Shown in pieces: positions 1 to 12,020 of a stretch of 64,000 nucleotides of DNA (position 1 is the stretch's first letter; the number at the start of each line of letters is the position of its first letter). The DNA lies in contig JAQGDQ010000050.1 of NCBI GenBank assembly GCA_030141605.1, forward strand, positions 197,971-261,970. Direction: 5' to 3'. A model generated the notes under the pieces. That model worked only from the letters and a program-made list of their open reading frames with translations. It was not told the DNA's origin and searched no databases. The position numbers and the translations under genes were made by a program. Source of the stretch: Tubiluchus corallicola. Its lineage: Eukaryota > Animalia > Priapulida.

Positions 1-124
<124 letters not shown>

Positions 125-788
125 CATGAGGGGAAGCGATAGGGAAACATAGGAAAAAAGAGGAATAAAGAGGGAGGAAAAGAGAGCGAGGGAGAAATAG
201 AAGAGACAGGGAAGGAGAGGGATAGAATGAGAGAGGCATTTTCCTACATGCATATATATATATATATGTTCTAACGGCTTAGCTAAGATAATACAAGAAT
301 ATTAATAAGAAAATCTTTAGTAAAGGAATATCAGTCGCAAAACATAAAAAATAAACAATGCCACTCGATATTATAAATATCATACCTACATTTTCCATGT
401 AAATCCTGAGTTTTAAAATTTGAATTTGATTTTAAACAAAAGTGCTCTAGCTGGGGTTAGATAAGCTGAGGATCGACTTCTAAGTTGTTCGTAGTAGTTC
501 ATTCATTTCATTTTTTACTTCATCTAATATTCAACCGATTTTACATAAAATCCAACAACATTATTTATAAATACTTTATTATTGTAAACGACGACATTTC
601 AAGAACAAGCTAATTCTCATCTTCACACCACTGTATTATTAAAAAAATTTGTAATAATAGTTCGGGATTCTATTTAAAAAGCAAATAACTGTTCTTTCAA
701 CATTTACTGAAACTATCATAGTTTCGTTTAGTTACAAGTGAATTGTGTTTCATCCGCAAATACAATTATTACATATTTTGTCGCGCAG

Positions 789-1770
789 GTTGGAAAAAAA
801 ATTGGCGGGGAATGAAAGAATTAGTTTGAACAAAGACAAAACTACTAGGGCTACAACATCGGACGTATCGTGGTATGGTCCCTCTTCAGAATTTGTGGCA
901 AACAACATCAGCTACGGATACACCTATCCAAATTCTAAGACAAAATCATCCAATATGACTCTACTCATAGCCATCCTTTCAAGTCCTAATGAAAACGACC
1001 TACGGCTTGAAATGAGGAAGACCTGGGGAAAAGTTATAGATCAGCTTGGCGATGTTGCTTTAGTGTTTGTCTTGGGTAATTTAAGTGATACTGCTTTTTT
1101 GAAAGACAATAAAGAAGAGATGATGAATTATTCAGATTTGATTATTGGCAACTTTTTAGACAGTTACAAGAATATAACTCTAAAGTCGATCTTGATTTTG
1201 CACGTAGCTGAAAAAATATGCCCAGCTTGTAAGTACGTCATGAAAACTGACATGGATTCCTGGGTCAACGTTTATCAATTGGTTCAATTTTTACGTAGAC
1301 GGGGCAAAGAAAACAATGTGATGATAGGAAAAATAACTATAAACAACACTGTGAGCCGAGAAAAGAATCACAAGTGGTATGTTTCGGAACATAATTACAA
1401 CAAACCTCGGTATCCTCGGTATCTACAAGGTGCTGGTTATGTTATGAGCATGGACGTTGCACAAGTGTTGTACGAACATTCGCGAAACACAAGAGTTGTG
1501 CCAGCAGTGGAAGACGCTTATATATCGGGAATTGTTGCAGAAAAGGCTGGCGTTGTTAGGCTCCAAGACGAGCATGTGTATAGAGAACTTTCATGTGTGT
1601 ATGAACCTTTGGAACACGTACATGTTGTGCATCACGTAAACGACTACACTAGGAAAATACTTTTTGACAGAATGCGAATGTACTGGAAAGATGTCAACGC
1701 CAGCTACGTGCTAAGCAATTGGTTGAAACCTTCGCAGAATAAAAATCTTACCAAACTGTGCTATACTTGA
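789..1770 (+). CDS. GT31 family beta-1,3-galactosyltransferase-like protein, catalytic (last) exon, copy 1
   Basis: GT31 motifs in ORF 745-1770: LLIAILSSP, R..MRKTWG, FVLG, DSYKNITLKS, YVMKTDMDSWVN (DxD at 1249-1257), KWYVS, YPRYLQGAGYVMS, VEDAYISG. There is no TM anchor and the ORF start is GTG, so I infer an acceptor ttttgtcgcgcag| at 788 with the 5' exon outside the window. AATAAA at 2011. Confidence 0.9.
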
Positions 1771-3081
1771 ATTATTTCTGGCATCTGCTACTAGCAGCAA
1801 TGTAGCATTTGTTTGCTTTTATCATTCCGAATTTTTAGCACAAAGAGTTTTAATTGGTTTCAACCTTCATATTACAAATATCGTACATTTGTGTGTACGT
1901 CTGCTGTTTGTGCTCTTTATAAGCATTATTGATGCTTATAAGTGCTTTTGTACTGACAATTAAAGTCAAATAATCACATTGTATCTTGTTTTGTGTGATC
2001 TTGAACATAAAATAAAAAGCTAAATTATCAGCCAGGTCTTGTTTTTTTGGTGCGGCTACTGAAAGCTTTTTTTTAAATGGCTATAAAATATAAAGGCCAA
2101 ACCATATTCTCCTGTTCTTACTGTCATTGACTGGACCACGAGGAGGACGGTACATGGGTGAACACAAGCATGGGATATGCTGAAATACATCAAAGCTTGA
2201 CAATGATTACGCAGATGATATAGCACGTTTCTTTTCAGAGGAACACGAAATTCAGCAGACAATAAACGGACCAGCACGATGATTGACTAGTTGATTTCTT
2301 TATCACTCTGCTGCTATGTATTGAGAGTGCTTTACGTCATGGCGTCAAGGCAGCTGTTTTTCAGTTGATAACTATGACTGACACTAATCCAGCATTTAGT
2401 TTTTTAACATGCAATAGTTTTTTCGCATAAATTAAAAACCACTAAAGGTATAAATTTGTAGCTTACGCAACCAAAAGCTATTGTGCAGTAACATCTGATT
2501 GTGAAATTTCATCATTGCAGAGCACCTGCTTCTAAAGTTATTGTAGTCTGAACTTCGGTACATTTTTCTACGCCACCCTTTATAGACCTACCCATTCATG
2601 GAAACCTGCGTTTGTACATTCATTTTGGAGAAAGTTTAAAAAGAGCTTGTTTAGTAAAAATGCACGCGAGTCAACTCCACACCTACACATTGTGTGTGTT
2701 GGAGAAACTGGTTTGAGTAAAACCCAATATGCGTGACACATTTGACAGACACATCCATCCGGCAAAAAAACTTTTGTAGAAACGGTAAAAATGTAGCGTC
2801 ATTGGCACTAACGAATTATGCAAAGAAAAATATGATAACTCAAGAAACGCATTTTTTGGAAAGCATAAAGTTGTCCCAGGTTTGGCCCAGTCTTTAAGGA
2901 AATGAAAATAGTCCGTTCCAGATTCAAGCCACTGTTGTAGACACGAAGAAATGACAAAATGTGATAATTTAGCTTGTAGCTTCTATGAGGACTCCTCGTA
3001 CGAGTTCTGGTGAAATATGAAAAGCATTAGCAACAGCAACAAATGAGCAACGAATAACATGCGACGTATTGCTCACGGATA

Positions 3082-3420
3082 TATAACTCTCGACGGTGTC
3101 GAAATCTGTGTTAAAAATATCCACATGCAGTATCTTGGTCATGTGCTTTCCAATGATCTTGCTGATATTTTAGACATAAATAACCAAAATCATTTGCTAT
3201 TTGCCAGATCTGATAAATGTTATTAACCAAATTTAACTCTTGTTCAAAAAAATGTTAAAACTATGCTACTACATTCGGCCTTTAACAATTATACTATAAT
3301 TACCTATTAGCTAAGTTCAATGTACGCAGTTTAATCAAGATCCGCGCCTCTTGCATCATTGCTCTTCACATGTTTTTCGCATGTTATGCACACGATACGC
3401 CATCTTCTACAAACTGTGAA
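3082..3420 (+). mobile_element. Degraded non-LTR retrotransposon fragment (end of the RT region)
   Basis: Translates ITLDGVEICVKNIHMQYLGHVLSNDLADILDINNQNHLLFARS, then a frameshifted NSCSKNVKTMLL, resembling the YLG...DI..Q...L.AR...CS..VK end of LINE RT. Confidence 0.55.
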
Positions 3421-4246
3421 GAAAATTATACATGTATAAAACATTTTAAAGTATTGTTGTGTCATTCTGGGTATAGTTTCTGCCAACACGAATGATTGAG
3501 TCAGCAAATTTTATTGTAATCATACGTGCCGTCCAACTGACATACTATTTTATAGCAAAATATTTAGGAGATGGTATGCTTTATTGATGTAGAAACTGCT
3601 GATTTTTTTTAACTGATGCCTTGTAGTTTTAAATTCTGTGTATATTTTTGTTATATTTTTGTATATATTTGTAGTTCTTTTAACAGTGCGTGACACGTAC
3701 GTAGTATTTCTTATCTTTTAATGTAAATTTTACTTTTATACAACATTTTTTATGTGATGAAATACTTTAAACAAAAAATAACGAGATTTTTTGACGGTTC
3801 TCTGTACACTTGAAGGCCAGGACTATCTGTATTCTTGGTTGTATATTGTATTAAACACCCTCGACAAAAACTCTGTCAGTATGGCAAGCTTCAGCTCTTT
3901 AGGTGCAACAGCTGACTGACCATAAAAAGACAGACACGCATACATACACAAACACACAAATACTTACTATCTTTTATAATAAGTATGATATACTAAAATT
4001 ATCAGCACATTTATGGGATACACGGGAATGAGCTCGGTTTTAATGGTTCAATTTTTGGCAAAGAAAATACCAAAAAAAATAGAAATAAACCTAGAATTTG
4101 AACAGGGAATTTAATATGCATCATTATAATTACAATAACAATCACTACAATTACAACTTAAAATAACAATAACAACAAATAATTAACCGCAATATGGCTT
4201 TTATGTGGCTTTTTATACAAAACAATGTACCTTGTTTGTGTTTCAG

Positions 4247-5117
4247 CGTGTCATCCTTCAGAGCAGACAATGAAACTTATACTTACGTTTATCCTCATCA
4301 TTACCACAAATTCAAGAAAGCAACTCTCTTGATAGCTGTCCACTCTGCGCCAGGAGAAATAAAAGAGAGGTTTTTCATTCGAAAATACAGTTGGGGTTTG
4401 TATGCTCAACAACGGGGTGATATTTTTCTAATGTTTGTTGTGGCTGACGAAAGCGTATTGAAACCTTATAACATATTTAAAGCAGAAATGGACACGTACA
4501 AGGATATGATAGTCGGTAGTTTCAAAGACAGTGACAAAAATGTGACATTAAAATCTGTTATGATGCTCCATGCAGCAAACAAGATTTGTCCAACCTGCGA
4601 GTTTCTGATGAAATCAATTGCAGATTCCTGGATCAACGTGCATCAAGTCATACAATTCATTGAAAAACATGACAAAGAAAATACGATGGTGGGAATATTA
4701 GCTGTAAACCAAACTCTTGAGCGAAATCCTAAATATAGGTGGTACATTTCAGAAAAGTATTACACCAAGACTGATTATCCGCCATATTTACAAGGTCAGA
4801 GTTATTTAATGAGCATGGACCTTCCTCGTGTGTTGTATGAACATTCACTAAATACAAAAATTTTGCCTACCGCAGAGAATCTTTATGTAACGGGAATTTT
4901 AGCAGCAAAAGCTGGTACTGCTCGGCTGCACACTGACCTCATAATTTCGGATTTAGCTTGCGTATATGGAACTTTACAATCTGCATTAGTGATACACAAT
5001 GTTAATATACACTCGCAAATGGTTTTGTTGGAAAGAATTCAAAGATCCTATCAAGCCATTAGCAGTAAAAACGATGAAAGTAGATATTTAGTGAAAAGCC
5101 AAATGTGTACGATATAA
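4247..5117 (+). CDS. GT31 family galactosyltransferase-like protein, catalytic-domain exon, copy 2 (predicted catalytically impaired)
   Basis: ORF 4194-5117 is colinear with copy 1 (LLIAVHSAP, RKYSWG, KNVTLKS, ICPTC, WYISE, YPPYLQGQSYLMS). Acceptor ttgtgtttcag| at 4246. KTDxD is replaced by KSIAD and ED by EN. Confidence 0.85.
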
Positions 5118-6284
5118 GGGTGTCTTGTTTATACATTACGATGTGTTCACATAAAGATCATATTCACATACGCGGCTATACTGTGGGCAAATTTTTAGGT
5201 CAGGTCCTTCAATTTGAAATGTAAACATCTAACGAGTTGAAATAACTTGCCAGAAAATGGAGCGACCTAGATACTTCCACGGGTGCACACCTAAACGGGG
5301 ATTAGTTGTCAGATATTGTTACTGTTCAAATCCTTCTAAATGTTGCTTTACTAAGAGACCCCAAAAACCTTTTACAGATATTTAGTGATTTAGCAACGGT
5401 TTTAAAGTGATTTCACCTAAATAAGTCAGAAGCCATATATATATTAAGCCAGTTCGCATAATAATTGCGTTAAACATGTATCATATAAGCTACAATACTG
5501 AAATAAAATGGTTAGTTCCTAAACGCTCACGCTAGCAGCTTCCCAGGATCATTTTAGTTTCAGCAGCAACGCGTATGTACGGCGTCAAACAGTAGTCTGT
5601 AGGAAGTCTGACAAACTCTCCACTACTACAATGCGTACGCCTGCTCTACGTGTCTCCATCTGAACTCCATATCTTGCCAAATTTCTCGAAACGCTAACCG
5701 TGAGTTGGTCGTCAATAAAAGCGCTCTTTGGAACTATGTACAGCTCACGTGTGCAACTGGTTTACTCATGGTATCAGATTAGATCGTGGCTTCTTCGTAC
5801 TTTAATAATTACTATTTTCATCCTGTCCATCCGTTTTCTCAATTTGTGCTTCCACAACTCGTTGAATTGTACAGTAATTGCAGCCATCAGTCAGCGTTAC
5901 TTAAAACGCAGTACTTTAACTGGTGTATTTGCGAATCTCACGGCTAGCCAGTGCTGCAAGTGTTACGTACATGGTGGCTGCGTAGTGCTACAAGATGCTA
6001 AGTTGTACTTTCTAGACTAATAAATGCAAAATTGTTAGCTACCCAGTGATACAAGTTATGCAATTTTGATGGCTAATGACGGCGAGACTATGTGTTAGGC
6101 ATACCGATATTGATCAATTGTATAACTTTAAAAAAGGTAGAATAAGGAAAACGTTACGTGTTTGACATGATTATTGGTTGTCAAATTGTTGTTTTTCTAT
6201 GATATAAGCAATAACATTATGACAGTACGTATATTTTTCTCTGGGTACAGTGTTCAGCTAAACCTTAAGTAGGTCTTAATGGCA

Positions 6285-6400
6285 CAGTACGGAACGTGGC
6301 ATTTATGCACAGCCGTTTGAACAGGGACATTTGGGCACAGGACACTTAGGCACGAGAAATTTGGCTACTGGATACATTCGGACACGAAATGTTTGGGCAG
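6285..6400 (+). repeat. Degenerate ~15-bp tandem units (ggacatttgggcaca-like), probably a MITE end
   Basis: Several imperfect copies; related reverse-complement units occur at about 58372-58413. Confidence 0.4.
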
Positions 6401-7017
6401 TAATAAAATATAATGTTGTACCAATCTTTTTATTTGCGTATATTAAATTTTTAACGACAGTCTATAGTTTCCTAACACTAACAGTATTTTAATTAAGAAT
6501 CATCATCACTTCACTAAATAAAACATATGCAATAATATATAAAAAGATTAACATACATGAAGCAGTGAAAACTAGCCAGTTGACTCTGCACTTTGTGGCT
6601 TTCGACTTTCAGTATTATGTGTAGTTTTAAAAACGAACGAAGCTGAACATAACGCTGTTAGACTTACACTAGCATTTTTAGTAAAATACGACAGCATTTT
6701 ATATCAACAATATGTAAGGTATCACAAAAGAAGCTAAATAACAGAAGAGTGTCACAAAAGTATGTATGCCAACCAAAATTTAGTGTTAGTGCACCAAGCT
6801 AGTGCATTATATATCACGATATACTATATTTATTGAACGCTTGGTGTGTTCACAATTAGAAGAAATGACATAGAATATTTTGTGAAATTGTATGTATTGG
6901 ATGCCACCCCGAAAGCTACTAGAAAATAAATCATGCAATTAATGAGCCAAATGATGCGATTAATTAGCAATATTTGCATGCTTTTTTGCTGTATCTCTTG
7001 TGAGATGCATGACAATA

Positions 7018-7324
7018 GAATCTAGCTAAAAATTCACACGAAAAAAGTCACAGGAAAAAAGCCACAGGAAAAAAGAAACAACCCTAATCACACACCTTAA
7101 GCTATTGAACAGAAAGTAATATATAAGTAATGTATGTCAATGCCATGAATTCTGTTTTATTACTTTAATTGTTTATGATACTTAAATAAATTGTGACTGA
7201 GTTGAATATCTTTGCTTGACTATCTGACTTTTTCTGGACACCATAAATTAACTGTGATATTTTTCCTAGCCAAAATTGTAACTTTTTTCTGTGACTTTTT
7301 CCTGTGACTTTATTCCCGCTTACC
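7018..7324. mobile_element. Mutator/Rehavkus-like MITE
   Basis: Inverted arrays of GAAAAAAGTCACAG units (7040-7075 vs 7281-7315), G...C termini, and a flanking 9-bp direct repeat atgacaata (7009-7017, 7325-7333). Confidence 0.65.
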
Positions 7325-7664
7325 ATGACAATAAGGCGCTCAGCAGCTGTGTGCTATGGTGATTTTAGTTTTTTCACTTTTTTACAGAGTCCTACTTAAA
7401 AAAATAATTATTTCTTTGCTTTCAAAGACTTTACGTGTTCTAAAGTTGAATAATAGACCAATCACTATCTGGCAACGAACGAGGATTCCTCATAAAGTTC
7501 AAGCTACTAGGCAAGTATGGCAGCGTAGTAGTGTGCTCTAGGTGTGATCGAGGCTGCCCACTGAATGTGCGTCGGTGCTTAATTGATGTCTAGTATGTCA
7601 ATCATTTTCGTTGACTGCCCAATCAGCGTGCAAGTTATTTCACACCCCTGCAGAGCTTACTTAA

Positions 7665-8220
7665 AGGAAGACAGGATGATTTTTCATATACTACCCCATT
7701 TTCAAGTCCGATAAAAAGTATACATTTTAACACCATTAATATTGCAAAAGTGTTTCTGATAAATAAATAATAGATTAAAAATTTAATTAACGGTGGGCGA
7801 GCCCAACTATTGATGACATCACAAAGTAACATAATTTTCAACAGCAAAACTATTCTATGAGCGTGTTGCATGTTCTTTGCAGAAAGCAGAAATTGAAGTA
7901 CAGTGCTACAGTAAGATGTTCAGTGTGTTGTACTAAAACTAGGCATGTTTTAAGATAAAAATTCAAATTTCAAATTTACCGCTGTGATCGCGCTTGAGCT
8001 GTCGAACGTGCGTAGTTCGTCAGAAACTAACACAGCTGAACTGAGAGGTACAGTACCTCTTTTTTGTGCAATGCGTTTCCGTAATACAGGCGCTAGCGCC
8101 AGTCTAGTAAATGGCGAAATGCATATAACAGCGAAGAACTAGTGGCGCGAATGCGAAATTCTCTTTGTGAGGTAATAATTCTTTCACGTAAGTTATTTTT
8201 GAGAAAATAGTGTGTTCCCT
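7665..8220 (+). mobile_element. Kolobok-like non-autonomous DNA transposon, copy A
   Basis: Begins TTAA|AGGAAGACAGGATGATTTTTCA and ends GAAAATAGTGTGTTCCCT|TTCA. Homologous along its length to an inverted copy at about 26911-27453. Confidence 0.65.
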
Positions 8221-9064
8221 TTCAATATTTTTAAGAGTAGATTGTTTGGAGCTACAGTTTAAGATTGGGTCCGGTTTTGCTTTTACTTATCGCAGGTACG
8301 TTCGGGACATTTAGCTACAGCTGCGTCTAATACTATTATGAAAAATGTTCAACTTTTCATTAGTTAACGGGAGAAATATTGGTCTGGTTCTAGATTTTAT
8401 TATTGTAAATTGAAGTTGTAAGTGAATTAGTGGAAATATCTAGTCTAGTTTCGTTTATAGGAAGAAATTCACAACGCTTACGTATATGAGTTGCTGATTT
8501 AACACCATTTTGCTATCAAGATAATACGCAGTTTAGTTTAGTTTATGGCTTTGCAAGTTAGACAACAACAACTATTTGATTAACTTTAAATAAAGTCAAA
8601 ACAAAATGTTTTCTTTTCTGGCCAGTTTTTATAAACCTCAATGAGATCTTCACAGTCAAAATTAATTCAAATGTGGTCAAAACTTATATTGTACATCAAT
8701 GTAGTATTAGCTATTTTACGCTATTTTTCTGGTTATAATCATGGTTAAAAGATGCCATTGGGACTTATGTAACTCGGGCATTCAATATAAGGGTCGTTAA
8801 TAAGTATAATAGGTTTATCATTTATTTTTGCAATAAGCCAATACCTCAAGTATAAAATACACTATCCAAAGCTAAAAAAGTCTGTTGGGAATGCATATTA
8901 CATCTCGCCGGGGTTCTTCGTATTTCTAGTGTAAACGTAATGCGTTGTACCACTTTGCAGCCATCTGAGAGTATTTGCAATAGGTCTACTGGGTAGCCCA
9001 GAGATTTGAATATACACGTAAAATGAAATAATAATTGGCAGTGAAAACGACATAGAGAATGCTC

Positions 9065-9300
9065 AAAGACAAAGACGAAGACACCATTTATTTACCGTAG
9101 CTAATTTAGCAAAAAACATTAGTACTAACAGCTATTTAGCGACTTACACTTGGTAATACAGGTAAGGACGCAACACACAAATAACGAATAACATCTAGGT
9201 ACCTCCTTGGACATATGTCCTGGCGTTAGCAGCCGCTAGACACGAACTCAAGATTTGGTGGTTGCGGTCCGATATCTAAACCACTTGGCCACCCTACCCA
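9065..9300 (-). mobile_element. tRNA-derived SINE-like element
   Basis: Minus strand starts GGGTAGGGTGGCCAAGTGGTTTAG (A-box) ... GAGTTCGTGTC (B-box-like), followed by a non-tRNA body. Confidence 0.5.
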
Positions 9301-9960
9301 GGACAATTAGTTATTAGCATCAGTAAATTTTCTACTCAAAAACTTTAATTGCGTAGCCTTTCAGCTACTTAACGTTGAGATGTGCGATCTGAAAAAAACT
9401 AAATTAACATGGCACAACAACACACTTTATGCAATCAGAATGAGAATTATGTTTGAAAAAACCAAGGAAAACGGACCTTGAAAATTAGGGATATTTATCA
9501 TTGCTCGAGCATGGCTTCAGCAATCATATACATTACTATGAGCTTGGAGCGCTCTGTAGCGGCCCAGAAGCACCTGAAGCACTGTGTAGCCAACGGACTT
9601 TCATATAGGCATACGGTAATATCTTGTACCACCTTGTAGCTGCCTAGTAGCACTAGGTAACCGCCAGATATATGAGAAGAGAGTCATTAATGCCGTGATG
9701 CCAATACGAAAAACTAACCAAATCTCATCTCTCATCCCGAACGAAAAGATGGCAAATCGCAAATCCATTAGTGGTCATCCACTCAAATCCTCAATCGGAC
9801 AAAAGTATTGATTAGTTTAATTAGGAGATACTTTTGAATGAATCACTCGATGACCACCGAACAACAACAGTTACAGTTTTCTTTTAACTTTAACATTCAG
9901 TACGACGTTACAAACTGAAATTCATGCAGAATCACATTCCCCATTTTCTTTTAACTTTAG

Positions 9961-11679
9961 TTTAAACATAATTTATTATAGGATTGGATCAGACAGTTTG
10001 AACAACCTGATTTAGGATCCTCACCACAACAGACTTTATACACTATTTACAAAAACATTTATAGTAAGAATAGACTATAACTACACAAGCTAACAAGATT
10101 TACTACAAGATTACATTAGACATTAGTAGAAAATGACGGCTAAAAAATATTAATGCACGAATATTTAAGACTGATGCATTTCATATCAGATAGAAACTAC
10201 TGGAAGCGTTTAGTACGTAATATAAAGTCATGTATGCATTGGAATATTTTACAGTTAGCAACATAGTTAAATTCATCTTTTCCGAATAATAACAACATCA
10301 ACAGATCATTAGTTCCTAAGGCAGCTATATTAAGGTTTTCAGGCAGAAGCTTTTCATTTAGTTTATCAGACATAACAACCCTAGTTTGTTGATACAATGG
10401 ACAGTGCAACAAAAAGTGTTCAACAGACTCAAATCGAAATCCATTCGAATAAGTCCATCCATCCACTCAAATACAATTCGGCAATACTGGATGACCGTTA
10501 TTATCTTTACAGCCTTTAGAGAAAAGGTCATAGTTTAGCTGGGAAAATCCGCTTCTCATGCGCGTATGATGCACTGAAATTGGAGGTTTGCCAAATGAAA
10601 AATGTTTCTTACGCAACGAAAAACTTAAATGAGATTAGAGCTCTTGCTTGAAGTGTAAAATGGATGTTATTTCACGAATGTTCTGTGGTAAGTTGTTCCA
10701 CATGTTAATGGTCGATATGAAAAACGATTTTTCACAGCTAACAGAACGGCAATTAAAATTCCTGTATTTAGCACCACTGCGTATATAATAGGGGGTAACT
10801 TCGTTTACCTTTGGCGGCAGAATTGCACTTAAATAGTGGGGCGCTAAGTCATTGATTATTTTGAAAAAAAGACATAGGCGATGATAATGGAAGCGCGTCA
10901 CTAATTTAGTGAAGCCGCTATCAGACAAGATACTTGCAGGGGAAGATCGAAACATAGCATCAGAACAGATTCTAGCAGTAGTTAGCTGAATATTTTCTAA
11001 TAAACGTATTAGATAAATATGGAGTAGGATATTGAGGAACATTGGATTTACAGGAGAAAAGCATGACTTCGGTCTTATTTGGATTAAATTTAACCAACCA
11101 AGTTAAACAATCGGGTTAATGGGCTTGAAAATAAATCTGCACAAAGCTTAAGTACTTTGTTGCTTATTCCATCAGGGCCTACAAATTTGCTCGTATTGAT
11201 GACGTTACTTAATAATGTTTTCACTAAATCTTCGTGTGCAGTAATGTGAGACATGTATGTATCAGATCAGTCTTCGATACGAATCCGGGTAATGAAGCAT
11301 TTGAAGTGTTCAAACGGCACTGCTGGGCAAAGTAATTATTAAATGCATTGCACTTGGAAATCGCATCACTTGTGACAACACCAGCTTCATCTATAATGGT
11401 AGGAATAAAATAGTCACACGTATTTTTGTAAAAACTTTTAGTAGTTTCCCGCCAGACTTTAGGGCATGTTTCAGGATTCAATAGCTTCTCGTTCAGTTTG
11501 TCTGAATAGTCACGTTTGGCTTTTTTAACAGCATTGTTGTACTTATTTCTAATAGCAGTATAGGACTGTCACGAAGCGGTCGTCCCGTTTAATTTATAAT
11601 TTCTGTGGGCCTTTTCTTTTTGTATTCTAAGCTTTCGAACGTGACTATTCATCCAAGGCTTATCGCGAAGGTATTTTAA
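9961..11679 (-). mobile_element. 5'-truncated, internally deleted non-LTR retrotransposon (CR1-group/RTEX-like ORF2 remnant)
   Basis: Minus-strand peptides PWMNSHVRKL, KCNAFNNYFA, GPDGISNKVLKLCA, WLVKFNPNKT, KSFFISTINMWNNLP, ESVEHFLLHCPLY. 3' tail AATAAAATTATGTTTAAA. 18-bp flanking direct repeat attttcttttaactttag (9943-9960, 11680-11697). Confidence 0.85.
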
Positions 11680-11814
11680 ATTTTCTTTTAACTTTAGTAT
11701 TCTGTACGACGTTACAAACTGAAATCCATGCAGAATCACAATCCCCAAAGTGTGCAAACGTGTGTACAATTTCAAGAAACGAAAGGAATTGAAATTTTGT
11801 GGTTCTATAATACA

Positions 11815-12020
<206 letters not shown>

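Noticed and set aside
9200-9300. tRNA genes here and at about 31950-32020, 55950-56020 and 61960-62030
   Set aside because: Only degenerate A/B boxes are present, with no acceptor stem or cloverleaf; SINE heads explain them better.
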